50,339 nt of DNA, taken from contig NW_021834196.1 of assembly GCF_006345805.1 (NCBI RefSeq), positions 1-50,339 on the forward strand, in the 5' to 3' direction. Under the pieces are notes generated by a model. The model saw nothing but the letters and a program-made list of their open reading frames with translations, made no database searches and had not been told where the DNA came from. This stretch comes from Octopus sinensis (Eukaryota). A program made the position numbers and the translations under genes. How positions within the stretch are numbered: the first letter of the stretch is position 1; each line of letters starts with the position of its first letter. Positions 24,188 to 36,031 of the stretch are shown piece after piece.

Positions 24188-24460
24188 TCTTCTTCTTCTT
24201 CTTCTTCTTAAAACGGCTATAATGATGATGAACAGAAAAAGGAAGTGAAATAATAAAGAAAAGATAAAGTAATAGCAGCAGTAGTAGTAACAGCTGCATT
24301 TTTGATTATCACAATAGTGGTAGTAGTAGTAGTAGTAGAAAAAGAAGAAGGAGAAAAGAAGAAAAAAGAAGAAAGCGACGACGACGACGACGACGATGAT
24401 GATGATGATGATGATGATGTTGTTATTGCTGTTGTTGATAATGATGATGATGGTGATGGG
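24120..24460. repeat. (CTA)n/(CTT)n/(AGT)n/(GAC)n/(GAT)n compound microsatellite
   Basis: Direct reading. Confidence 0.9.
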
Positions 24461-24814
24461 GCTGTAAGGGAGGATTTTTTGATTTCTCAAAATTATCTTT
24501 CCTTTTCTTTCAGGCTCCCTATATATTTGCTGTTAAGTTTTTGGTTTCTTTCTCCAGCTAATAAAAAATTGAACTTCTTAAGAATTTTGTGTACAGCGTT
24601 CAGTACCTATTTAAAAAAAAATTATCTATAGCATTTCTAAAACAATACCATACTATGTGTTTTCTTTAAAAGAAAAAGAAAAAAAAAGTTGGCTGAGATT
24701 TGTAAGAGATTTAACTCCTATTTCAAGCAAATTGCACGACCACATAGATGCTCTTTTGTTGGTCCATTTCCATGATATTTCAGCATATAAATGAAATTTA
24801 ATATCCCTTATTTC

Positions 24815-25010
24815 TGAGGCAGTGAGCTGGCTGACTTATTAACAAATCGGACAAAATAGTTTGCGACATTTCTTCCGTCTTTTTCGTTCTAAGTTCAAAT
24901 GACACCAAATGTCTTTCATCTTTTCCAGGTCGATAAAATAAATACCATTTTAGGCACTGGGGCCAATGTAACCGACTATTGCCGTCCATTCGAAATTGCT
25001 GCCCTTGTAA
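24815..25010 (+). mobile_element. SINE family D, degenerate
   Basis: GGCAGTGAGCTGGC head..CGTTCTAAGTTCAAAT..GGTCGATAAAATAAATACCA..CACTGGGG. Confidence 0.65.
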
Positions 25011-25292
25011 CGCTATTTGAAGCCAATATTTCTTTCTCGTATAATGATTTGTTTTAAATGCTGGTACGGACACCATATTTCATTTTGGAACCATAATATA
25101 CTACCAAGTATATTAAAAGTTTGTAAGTCAATACTGTGTGATACCTTTGTGTTAGCAGTGCGTTGCTTTCATTTCTAAGTTTATGTCTACAGCTTATCAA
25201 TAGAATTCAGAGCCTGCACTGAAAATTATCACATTTCGTATACGAATACGTCTACGTAAACAATGCGATCAAACATAGAAAAGTAGCTAATG

Positions 25293-25337
25293 GGTGTATA
25301 TGCATATTTCAGGAATTATTGCTCCTTCTTCAGCACC
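25293..25337 (-). ncRNA. Minimal type I hammerhead, canonical core
   Basis: Minus: GGTG-CTGAAGA-AGGAG caataa TTCCT-GAAA-TATGCATA-T-A-CACC; palindrome ATATGCATAT. Confidence 0.7.
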
Positions 25338-25691
25338 ACATCCAACTCATTAACCATCCACAAAAACATTGCTTGAATAACCACTAAGTTTAGCGGTGTA
25401 GCATTACTGGACAGAGAAATTTACATTACATATTGCTGGTTGGGACAATTAATAACGATAAATTTTAAAATGAAAACAACGCAATGATAGTACAAATGAA
25501 GGACACAATATTACTCAAAAACTTTTATAATATACTTGATAGTATATTATGATTGCAAAACGAGGTACGGTGTCCTTACCATCCAAATGATATGTACATA
25601 CAAGTTGCCAGGTCTATCTAATCAAGTTACACCGCTAAACTTTAGTGGTTATATAAGCTATGTGTTCGTGGATCGTTATTCGGTTGGATGT

Positions 25692-25736
25692 GACGCCGAA
25701 GAAGGAGCAATGATTCCCGAAATATGCATATACACG
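25692..25736 (+). ncRNA. Decayed partner hammerhead (U4C)
   Basis: CCGAAGA-AGGAG caatga TTCCC-GAAA-TATGCATA-T-A-CAC. Confidence 0.5.
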
Positions 25737-26777
25737 CAAATACACCTATTTTTCTATCTTCGAACGCAGTGTTTCAGCAGACGTATTCATATATGAAATG
25801 TGGTTACCTTCAATGCTGATTCTAAATTTTATTGATAATTTGTTGAGATAAACTTAAAAAAATAATTTCTTTATACCCCAACACTATTCAAGTTCTACTG
25901 CCGAGTTTGACTTTACATTTTTTCTTTTCTGTGCTGATTGAAAAAGAAAAATATATTACTCGTGAAATTGCGGGATCAATCTGTTAATTCTTCTATACAG
26001 AACTTCTCCAACATTTGTCCTCTTTACTGGTCAGGCGTCTTTGTTACGTAATTATTCCGCGACCTTCCAAATTAAGTTCCTCATCGAGGAAGGCAACACA
26101 TTCCAACATGTTTCATGACTTGTAAAGCTGAAGTTAAAAGCATTTAAGCTATTTGGTAGCTTTCTCTTTTTAAAAAGCAAACGTAAAGTGAGATACACTG
26201 AAGTACAGCTCACGTTATAGGTAGGGCCCGTCATCATGAAATGACATATTTATTTCTTCCTCTTGAAGTACGTCTACGGACCCCCACCTTTTGCTCGTAA
26301 ATAATTTAACTTGTGCTAATATTTACACCAATTTGTTCCTTACATTTTAGTAATTATCTTTCGTGAATGAAATATCTTACCTAAAGAGAAAAAAAAAAGA
26401 AAAAAAAAAGAAAAAAAGGAAACCGATTGAAATTCCCTTTCCTAACTAACCCACATTTAACTTGGCTATTTTATAAAGAATCCAGTTGAACTGCTGCAAC
26501 ACTCGTATCCAGTCGACAAACAAAAGAGATTCTGTTTTAGTAATCGGCATTCTTTGACACTGAAAATACTTAATGGGGGGTTGGTAAATTGGTTGGTTAC
26601 TAACAATGAAAAAATGCGATCTCACTTTCTGTATTGTACACCCGCTGTGTCACACGATACACATCCTTACCTCCACACAAACATATACACGCATTTGTGC
26701 GTGTATGTCTTTCTCCACCACCCTCTCTCTGATAGACACACACACACACACACACATAAATATATCTGCGTACACAC

Positions 26778-26821
<44 letters not shown>

Positions 26822-27104
26822 CAGAGTATATCAACATACCTGTATATAAATGTATACCTGTATATAAATATACATACGCACAGACGTATGTATATATGAA
26901 GTTAGGTTGATACTGAAAGGACTTCGTGACTTTTACTCAAATTCAATGTCTTTCAAATCTTATTATATTCTATTCTCTTTCCTCTTTTCCTTCCTTATTT
27001 CTCTATCGTTTCATTTATCTTTTTTCGTTCCCTTTATTCTTAATCAATCTTCTTCATGTTTTCCCCCCCTTATTTTACTTTCTGCACTTTTGGTTTTGGT
27101 TCGT

Positions 27105-27110
27105 TTGTTG

Positions 27111-27146
<36 letters not shown>

Positions 27147-27340
27147 TTTCTTTCTTCCTTCCTTCCTTCCTTCCTTCCTTCCTTCTTTCTTTCCTTATTT
27201 CTTTCCTTCCTTCCTTCTTTCTGTCCTTCCTTCCTTCCTTCCTTCTCCTTCCTTCCTTCCTTCCTTCCTTCCTTCCTTCCTTCCTTCCTTCCTTCCTTCC
27301 TTCCTTCCTTCCTTTCTTTCTTTCTTTCTTTCTTTTCCTC
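27105..27340. repeat. (CTTT)n/(CCTT)n microsatellite
   Basis: Direct reading; source of SFLP/KEGR ORFs. Confidence 0.95.
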
Positions 27341-27814
27341 TTTTGACCCCCCCCCACTTTTCCTCTCCACTTTTCTTTTCTTCTTGCATTTCAGTCTCTG
27401 TTTCTCCTATCATTAAAAAAATCTTTCTTTCCATTCTATTTCCTTGACACACACACACAAACGCACACACACACAAACGCGCACACACACAAACAATACA
27501 TACATTCATATCTATCTAAACACACACACACGCATATATATATTATTGTTATTATTACAAGATATATATATATATGTGTGTGCGTGTATACGTGTGTTTG
27601 TGTGTGTACACACACGTCTTGCTTTCTCTTATAAGTGTATCTCTGTTTATTTAAATTTATATATGTTTGTGTGTCTATAATAATTTTTTGTTATATTTTA
27701 TATCATGCGTTTATTAATTTTATTAATTTCCCTTTTTATCACTTTTTTTTGTTTTTTGTTTTCTTAATGATCGTTATTGCATCTTTCTAAATGTCTCGTA
27801 TGTTAACATTTAAG

Positions 27815-27905
27815 AAGAAGAAGAAGAAGAAGGAGAAGGAGAAGAAGAAGAAGAAGAAGAAGAAGAAGAAGAAGAAGAAGAAGAAGAAGAAGAAGAAGAA
27901 GAAGA
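27815..27905. repeat. (GAA)n microsatellite
   Basis: Direct reading. Confidence 0.95.
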
Positions 27906-28429
27906 AAAGCATTTTTGCTTGATCTGGGCGTTCATGAATTCAATAAAAAAAGATAAAAAAAAAGAAAGAAAATGTTTTACAATGGCACCAAATTACATTT
28001 AAACGTCAACACAAAAGTAATAAATAAAAGGAAAATAAGAATAACAAGATTTCAGAAGACGCCATAGTCAAGTTTCGTTTAATCAGACGATTCACCTTTA
28101 ATGAAATGTTAACGAAAAGTATCTTGTACCCATCATTAAATAGATGTGTTGAGCGAAACAGTATATTAGTTGTTCACTGTTCACAATGCGTTCTTTTTGA
28201 TTAGGTATGAACGATCTCATTTTTAACATTTCGCTGGGTGGATGTAGTGATGTTTCACGTTGTTTCCAAGTAAATTATATAAACTGTTGAATTATATCAA
28301 CTATCACTGTATCACTGTATTACTGTATCCGCTAGACTATCGTGGTTATTATACACCGCTGGTCACAATGCGCTTCCTCGTATTGTTGTTGCTTTCGAAC
28401 GATGCCTCCTCACTGTTGTGGTGAGCAGA

Positions 28430-28590
28430 CCAATGTTCTTCAGTGAAATGATTGCCGGTCTGATGCAGGGTTAATCGTTTACGGCTGAGTGGACCGGAGC
28501 AACGTGAAATGAAGTGTCTTGCTCAAGGCTACAACGCTCGCCAGTCTGGAAGCCGAAACTACCATCTTACAATTGCGAGTGCATCACCTT
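28430..28590 (-). mobile_element. SINE family C fragment
   Basis: GCTGAGTGGACCGGAGCAACGTGAAATGAAGTGTCTTGCTCAAGG. Confidence 0.7.
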
Positions 28591-28689
28591 AAGCACTATG
28601 CCACGCTTCTAGACCTATATCAACGTAATCCAATGAAGTTTCGTGGATCGAGAATCGAAACTCGGTTACCAACTGGATATCAAGCAAAG

Positions 28690-28855
28690 TTTTGGCACAA
28701 GGTAAGAAATTCTGAGGGGGTGGCGAGAAGTCAAATATATGAACGCCAATACTTGACTGGTATTTTATGTTTCGTTCCCGACAGGATGAAAGGAAAAGTG
28801 AGCTGCAGTGGGATTTGAACTCAGAACGTAATGAACTGGAAGAAATGCCGCTAAA
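28690..28855 (-). mobile_element. SINE family D, degenerate
   Basis: TTTGGCACAAGG..ACTGGTATTTTATG..AGGATGAAAGG..TTTGAACTCAGAACGTAA..ATGCCGCTAA. Confidence 0.65.
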
Positions 28856-29483
28856 CAGAATTTCAAGCTGTGTGCCTATAGTAGAAAAAATTATTTAGCT
28901 GGAAACTCGATGGTAGGACTTATAACCCGTTGCAAAACCCAACTTCGGTCTTGGTGTGGTTGATTTCTTTGAGGTTTAACATGAAATTCTGCATGTTAAC
29001 GCATGTAGAGGAAACAAGAGAGGATACAGCTCCGAAAAGAATTGATCGAAAAAAGGTTTTTTTTTTTTCCTTTTTACGAATTTAATGGGAATGAGTAGTG
29101 GTGGGCACAGCTAACCAAAAAGTTAGCCTCGCTGACCGCTGATCCGCTAACTAAAAAAGTTAGCTTCACAAATGCTAAATCGCAAAATAAGTGAAAAATT
29201 AACGGAAGCTAACGCCAACGGATAATCGCTGATTTTTATCATATGAGTTTAGTTTCGGTTTGGTTTTTTGGCGCTAAAACCCCTAAAAACAGACCTAGAC
29301 AGCTGAAATTTTCATATATATATATATTCTGTATATCTTATACTATGAGATTTATTTCATATAAAATACATTTTAATACATTAATTAAGAAAATAATTAT
29401 TTAATAAATAAGTAAATAATTAAATCAAATTAAGAAAATATGAAGTACGCCATAATAATTTAATAATTTTGTATAATTTTAAT

Positions 29484-30010
29484 TTATGAATACTTTGTAA
29501 TATACTCCTCCAGCTGTTTATGGCAAGCCAAGATCATCTCACTCAGGGTGTGATAGGACATTGACGTCTTGCTGGGGTTCAGCGTCTTGATCAGGCCGAC
29601 CAAAGTGGGTGACTCCACTACATGCAGCAGTAGCATGTTGTCGACAAACAGGTTTACAATCCTTCTATCCACCATAAACTGATGGACGCCAGTGCCACCA
29701 GTTTCCGTAAATGCCTCGCCAATGCTGAGCTAACGTGCTTTCTTTGTACATGGCTGCGACGACTGACTACTGGCACTGCTATCTACAAGATTGTATTTTC
29801 CTCGAGAAGAGCCGGCCTTGATTCTCTCCTCAAACTGGATGGCATGCGCTGGGTGTTTCCGCTTGACATGCGACTTCAAGTTGTAGAGGCTCGCAGCTTG
29901 TTCTTTGATGGTGGCCTCCTTGGGCCTCACACGATGCATCGGAAGCACAGGATTTTGGTGTTAGTCTTATCCCTTCCAAAATACAGAATTTCCTCAACAA
30001 CGCCAAGAGT
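29484..30010 (-). pseudogene. hAT (Tol2-like) transposase N-terminus: BED finger and following region, frameshifted
   Basis: RCIV(C)RPKEATIKEQAASLYNLKSHVKRKHP (BED finger) and VDRRIVNLFVDNMLLLHVVESPTLVGLIKTLNPSKTSMSYHTL, aligning by memory with Tol2 CVLCLP..NLRKHIERMHP and ILRYIIQGLHPFSTVDLPSFKELISTLQPG. Confidence 0.85.
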
Positions 30011-30081
30011 ATACGAAGTTCGAAAGTATTTAGTTACAAAAAAATTATTTTTAAAATCTGTCGGTTAAAAGGTAAAGATCC
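30010..30081 (+). mobile_element. Solitary right end of MITE family 2 nested in the hAT
   Basis: AAAGTATTTAGTTACAAAAAAATTATTTTTAAAATCTGTCGGTTAAAAGGTAAAGATCC matches 42500-42556. Confidence 0.85.
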
Positions 30082-30685
30082 CAATCACGTCTTGTCACGT
30101 GTACACCTAGTCAGCGAATAGCGTGCCTGATGGACTATTCGAGACACGCCCACAACAGACAGGAACAAACGTATGAATTTTGCTTGCGGACATAAAGTTA
30201 GCTGAAGCTAACGGTTTCCAAAGTTAGCGAAAACGCTAATCCGCTAAACAAAAAGTTAGCTTCGCTAATTAGCTGTTAGCGGATTAGCGGAAACGTGTCC
30301 ATTACTGGGATTGAGTCACAGTAAAGCTAATGACATGAGTAGAAACGGGGTTGTAAGATATTCGCGGGTGTCGTAACATTGTTCTCAACACTTGCTGTAT
30401 CTCTACTCATTTTTTTTCGTACAGCTCTTTTCATATCTACCAGACATTTCTTGGTTCTTGTTTCTTCTACTTTTCTATGTTCTTTTCCATCCACCAACGA
30501 TCCACAAATAACTACCAGATCTTCAAATCACCAAACACCAAAGTCTTTAAAAAGAGTAAGGGCACATTCCATAATGTAGTCGTGGGTACAATGGCATTCT
30601 ACATATTATTCCTCCTTTTCGACTATGGCATCGATCATAGACAATCTCTATCTCGAACAACGTATCTGCCCATATCTTTCTTTTT

Positions 30686-31068
30686 CTCTTTTACTTCTTT
30701 CAGTCATTTGACTGCGGCCATGCTGGAGCACCGCCTTTAATCGAGCAACTCGACCCCGGGACTTATTCTTTTGTAAGCCCAGTACTTATTCTATCGGTCC
30801 CTTTTGCCGAACCGCTAAGTAACGGGGGACATAAACACACCAGCATCGGTTGTCAAGCAATGCTAGGGGGACAAACACAGACACGCATATATATATACAT
30901 ATATACGACGGGCTTCTTTCAGTTTCCGTCTACCAAATCCACTCACAAGGCTTTGGTCGGCCCGAGGCTATAGTGGAAGACACTTGTCCAAGGTGCCACG
31001 CAGTGGGACTGAACCCGGAACCATGTGGTTGGTAAACAAGCTACTTACAACACAGACACTCTGGCGCC
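30686..31068 (-). mobile_element. SINE family A, full length
   Basis: Reverse complement of 1174 copy. Confidence 0.9.
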
Positions 31069-31799
31069 TATGTGTATTTATCAAATATATAACCACACAC
31101 ACACACACACACCACACACAAACGACAAACTTCAATCATTTCAGTTTCGAACACGTTCTCCTCCTTCAACTATTCTTTCCTCATATGCATCCACCTCCAC
31201 TTCGTTCTCCTTTCCCCCCTCTTCTTGTTTGCTTATTTCTTACTTCAATTATTCTCTCCGTCCTTCATTCCACTTTATATTTCAATGTTTCTCTCTCTCC
31301 TCTCTCTCTCTCTCCCCCTCCCGCTTTCTCCTCCTTCTCTTACTTACTCCCCGCATACATTCTCTATTCACCCCTATCTCTCTTACACGAACATGCATCC
31401 AACAACGTTCTCTTTCTCACAAAACTTCTCCACCTTGTTATCGTCTGTTTTTTCACAGTTCCCCTTACTTTCTCTGCCTAATAGACTCTCTATTCTTTTA
31501 TTCTTTTATTCGTTTCAGCTATGCAGCTGCAGTCATGTTGGAGCACCACCTTGGTAAACAATGTTTCTTTAGTCAAACATCATTGACTAATCACAGTACA
31601 CACGAATTGAAATATTTTTACACCAAATGGCGTGACGAACAAATCATTTAAAGAAAATTACTGTTGCTATTTTCAACACATTATTTTATATAATTCATAT
31701 TAATTCATAATTCATAATAACACTACAACCATAGGTCGAAGGTTCCAAAAACATAATTATTGTATTGAATGATCAGTCTCTCTCTCCTCTCCTCTCTCT

Positions 31800-31809
31800 C
31801 TCTCTTTCG

Positions 31810-31876
<67 letters not shown>

Positions 31877-31899
31877 TTTTATTGTATCGCATTTATCTT

Positions 31900-31979
<80 letters not shown>

Positions 31980-32341
31980 AAATCAAATTGCGATAAAATA
32001 AAAATAATTATAATCGCTGGTATTACTAACACAAGCCATATATTTTTCATTATCAGTACATTGAGGCGAAATATTTGCTAGGAATACAGAAGCTTGATAA
32101 ATTAAGTGAAATGAAGATAAAAACATTTACTAAACCGGTAATTCTCAGACTGCAGTTTCTTTCTTTTCATCAATAAAGATAATTTATTTGCTCAGGGAGA
32201 ATTCTTCAGTGAGACCCTGTTTTTCTGGGATCCTAACTCACTAGAAGCATGTGCTTCTAATGATTTACTCTCCCTAACTAATCATATCACTGCGCAGACT
32301 CCGAACGTCCCGACAAAACTAGGGAATTCTGGTATATCGCC

Positions 32342-32400
<59 letters not shown>

Positions 32401-32483
32401 ATATATATATAATATATATATTATATATATATATATATATAATATATATATATATATATAATATATATATATTATATATATAT
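31800..32483. repeat. (TA)n tracts bracketing a ~360-bp unique block
   Basis: (TA)n at about 31810-31975 and 32342-32483. Confidence 0.85.
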
Positions 32484-32880
32484 GGGAGGAGTGGCTGTGA
32501 GGTAAGTAGCTTGTTTACCAACCACAGGGTTCCGGGTTCAGTCCCACTGTGTGGCATCTTGGGCAAGTGTCTTCTACTATAGCCTCGGGCCGACCAAAGC
32601 ATTGTGAGTGGATTTGGTAGACGGAAACTGAAAGAATATATATATATATATATATGCGTGTGTGCGTTTGTATGTCTGTGTTTGTCCCCTAGCATTGCTT
32701 GACAGCCGATGCTGGTGTGTTTATGTCCCCGTTACTTAGCGGTTCGGCAAAAGAGTACGATAGAATAAGTACTGGGCTTACAAAAAATAAGTCCCGGGGT
32801 CGAGTTGATCGAGTAAAGGCGGTGCTCCAGCATGGCCGCAGTCAAATGACTTAAACAAGTAAAAGAGTAAAGAAAGAGTA
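32484..32880 (+). mobile_element. SINE family A, full length
   Basis: Head, body and tail as 1174. Confidence 0.9.
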
Positions 32881-33454
32881 AACTACGTGTGTGATATAAA
32901 TAACAAATTCAAAGCTCAAAGTTTCGTCTGCAAATAATTCACAGAACGTACGGCGAAAGGCGTTCCAACCGTAACCACCACAAATCTTTTTGTTTCAGGT
33001 ATAATGTGTCTAGAGCAATTTTATCCATTGTCCTTCCTATTTTAAGATTGTAGGGTGTGGCAAGAGGTAGATTAAGCTGCTTTTTGTAGTAATTAAGGTT
33101 TTTTTTTTCTTGGATTTTTTTTCTTTTATCCAAGGATCTGAGGATGTTGAGGACATGGAAGAAAGAAAATGGTGAAAAGAAGAAAGAAGATATAAAAAGG
33201 AAAAAAAAAAAAAAATAAGGGAAACGAAAAAGGTGACATGAATAAAGAGGGAGGAGAAGAAGTAAGAAGTTCGTTTAAGAAAGAAATGGCCGCAAGGAAG
33301 ATGTTAAGAATCCTTAAACAGCATAAATATATAAATATCTGATTATAAATAAAAATGTAAAAATACAAAAAATCAATCAAAAACACATTAGGAAACAGCA
33401 ATCTTCGATGAACTGAAATATTAAACCTATTTTTATTTTTATTTTTCGTTTGTT

Positions 33455-33478
33455 TTTTTGTTTTCTTTCTTTCTTTTA

Positions 33479-33513
<35 letters not shown>

Positions 33514-33707
33514 AGTCTTTTCTTTTTCTTTTTTGTTCTGCTTCTCTTCTTTCATCATCATCATCATCATCATCATCACCATTACAATCACCATCTTTTC
33601 GTCTTCCTTGCTTTTTCTCCTCCTCCTCCTCCCCCTCCTCCTCTTCCTTTTCCTCTTCCCTGATCATCATCATTGTCATTGTTATCATCATTACCACCAC
33701 CACCACC

Positions 33708-33741
<34 letters not shown>

Positions 33742-34390
33742 TTTCCTCCTCCTCCTCCTCCTCCAGCACAAACATTGATGACGTTATCTTTTCTTATCTA
33801 ACATGTTTTGCCAATGAAGTGAAGTGAACGAAGCATTTGGCTGCCTTTTGACGGTTGGTCGATCGCTGGAAGGGCATTGTGGGATTGGATGATTCTATAG
33901 ACAGATAGACGCATCTTAGTTACTTTTATGGCCTGTAGCATGGCATTCTTTTCTCTATAGAAATGGACAGCGTAGCAAATGTTTGTTTATAGCCAACGTT
34001 CCGTTTTTGCCTTGTAACCAACCAACCGGACAGCCAGCCAAGCCACTTTTTTCTTTTTCCTTTTTAACCTTCTCATCTGATCTATGTATGTTACGTTTTT
34101 TTTTCGCCGTTCTTTTTTCTTAGTTTCCTGTTTGATATCATCATCACCACCACCACCACCACCACCACCACCATCATCATCAGTTCTTCTTCTTCTTCTT
34201 CTTCTTCTTCTTCTACTAACTACTACTACTACTACTACTACTTTCCTTCCTTCTTTCCTTTCTTTCTTTCTTTCTTTCTTTCCTTGTATCTTCCTTCCTT
34301 TCTTTCTTCCTTCCTTCCTTCTTCCTTTCTTTCTTTCCTCCCCTTCTTTCTTTCTTTCTTTCTTTCTTTCCTTCCTTTCTTTCTTCTAGT
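33455..34390. repeat. Trinucleotide/tetranucleotide low-complexity tracts (CTA, CTG, CAT, CCT, CAC, CTTT)
   Basis: Direct reading at 33455-33775 and 34138-34390. Confidence 0.85.
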
Positions 34391-34737
34391 TTTCTATGAA
34401 AAATAATCGACACGAACCCTGTTAATAAACGGTTTGGAACAAGCGAATCTTCGAAATTGTTTCCCTTTGTTTTGTCTGTAGTTTCTTCAATGTTTTGCCT
34501 TATTTTTAGCCTTTTTATTTTGATTTCGTCTTGATTTGTTTCGCCTCCCGTCGAACCTTTATTTACTTATTCTATGCGATTGAATGTGGTTGTATATGTA
34601 TGTGTATGCTTCTAAGGGCATAATGGGCATCGCATTCTTGTGTATATGAATATGTAAGTCTAGAAATGTAGACAAATGTTTCCGAAATCTATTTTCTTGT
34701 TACTATGCGTACATTTTTATGATGATATTTTAAACTC

Positions 34738-34840
34738 AGTAAGGCGGCAGAAACGTTAGCACGTCGGGACATACTGGGGTCGATCTAAACGACTGGCCCC
34801 TCCCCCAAAATTGCGGGCCTTGTGCCTACAGTAGAAAAAG
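34738..34840 (+). mobile_element. SINE family D, internally deleted
   Basis: GGCGGCAGAAACGTTAGCACGTCGGG..ACTGGGGTCGAT..GGCCTTGTGCCTACAGTAGAAAA. Confidence 0.6.
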
Positions 34841-34859
34841 AAATTTTAAACTGAGTCTC

Positions 34860-34960
34860 AATGCGTGGCACCTTGTGCAAGTGTCTTCATCTATAGCCCC
34901 AGGCCGACCAAAGCCATGTGAGTATATTTGGTAGTCGGAAACTCAAAAAAGTTCGTCGTA
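34860..34960 (+). mobile_element. SINE family A 5' part (interrupted; degenerate 3' part near 35685-35810)
   Basis: TGCGTGGCACCTTGTGCAAGTGTC..GGAAACTCAAAAAAGTTCGTCG then (TA)n. Confidence 0.7.
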
Positions 34961-35130
34961 TATATATATATATATTCATATAAGAAGGATGACCACTAAG
35001 TGGACATCCATATTCTGGAAGTCAACCCCCTATGGTCTTACCACTAAGAAAGGAATGTTCTCAAGAAAATTTAGCAAACGCCAGAACGTAAGCGAGCAAG
35101 AGAAATGAAAATATACAAAATATACAGATT

Positions 35131-35191
35131 AATCACAAACTAGTTTCGTTGTTACCACTTACGTAGATGTCCGCAACTCGTCAGTGTGATC
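35131..35191 (-). ncRNA. Minimal type I hammerhead, canonical core
   Basis: Minus: GATCACA-CTGACGA-GTTG (22 nt) CAAC-GAAA-CTAG-T-T-TGTGATT; 6 bp + GU helix I, G10.1-C11.1, palindrome ACTAGT. Confidence 0.8.
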
Positions 35192-35814
35192 GTCATAGCA
35201 AAATATAATTTGCAGAACTATACACGATACGTTCGCATGAGATTGAACATGTATATAGTTCTATCAATTACATTTGGGGTTATATTTCAAAAGTCTTAAT
35301 TTTGGCGCGCCAAAATACCGGAAATAATTCTGCAGAAAATAATTCTCTGCAGTGAATTTCGTCGGTTAGAGAACATAGTTGTTTAAATTTAAATTTGAAA
35401 TAATAATATTCAATTTTTCACCCTTACTATTTTAAATTTTATATATATATATAGTTACGTTAAAATGTCTATGTTCAAATTTGGCCAAAAGAGTTTTTTT
35501 TTCAGTATTTATTTTTGCTTGCAATAACGAGTTCTTTTAGTCAAACTATTGTATGTCCAGCTGCTGTTGTCAACGTGTAGTATAACGGTTTTGCTATGGA
35601 ATGGTACACTTACGACACTTTTGCGTAATAGCAACAATATATATATATATATATATATAAACATATGCATATATATATATATATATGTGTGTCTGTCTTT
35701 GTCTTCCACTACCGCTTGACAACCGGTGGCGGCATGTTTACTAGGCTTTAAAAATAAGTCTTAGGGTCGATTTCGCTGTAGTCAAATGACTAAACAAGTG
35801 GAAAATAAGAGATC

Positions 35815-35960
35815 TGTGACTGTGTGGGAAGTAGCTTGCTTACCAACCACATGGCTCTGGGGTCAGTCCCACTGCGTGGCACCTTAAGTAAATGTCTATA
35901 GCCTCGGGCCGACCAAAGCCTTGTGAATGGATTTCGAGGACGGAACTGAAAGAAACCTGT

Positions 35961-36031
<71 letters not shown>

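Larger units (their letters stand above)
25230..25802. repeat. Old inverted repeat (~175-bp arms 25230-25402 / 25626-25802) with divergent hammerheads
   Basis: Arms align by eye with scattered substitutions (roughly 75-80% identity, estimated); motif lies mid-arm. Confidence 0.85.
29096..30307 (-). mobile_element. Internally deleted Tol2-like hAT transposon
   Basis: Imperfect TIRs TAGTGGTGGGCAC / GTGTCCATTACTG; flanks GGAATGAG / GGATTGAG (7/8 TSD); subterminal GCTAAC/GTTAGC arrays; transposase remnants inside. Confidence 0.88.

Noticed and set aside
25294-25735. MITE interpretation of the inverted repeat
   Set aside because: Homology extends beyond the apparent ends, no TSD was found, and the arms centre on hammerhead motifs.
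32105-32150. ATGAAGA..TAAACCGGTA hammerhead remnant
   Set aside because: C3 and G12 are lost and helix I is broken; too degenerate to support.
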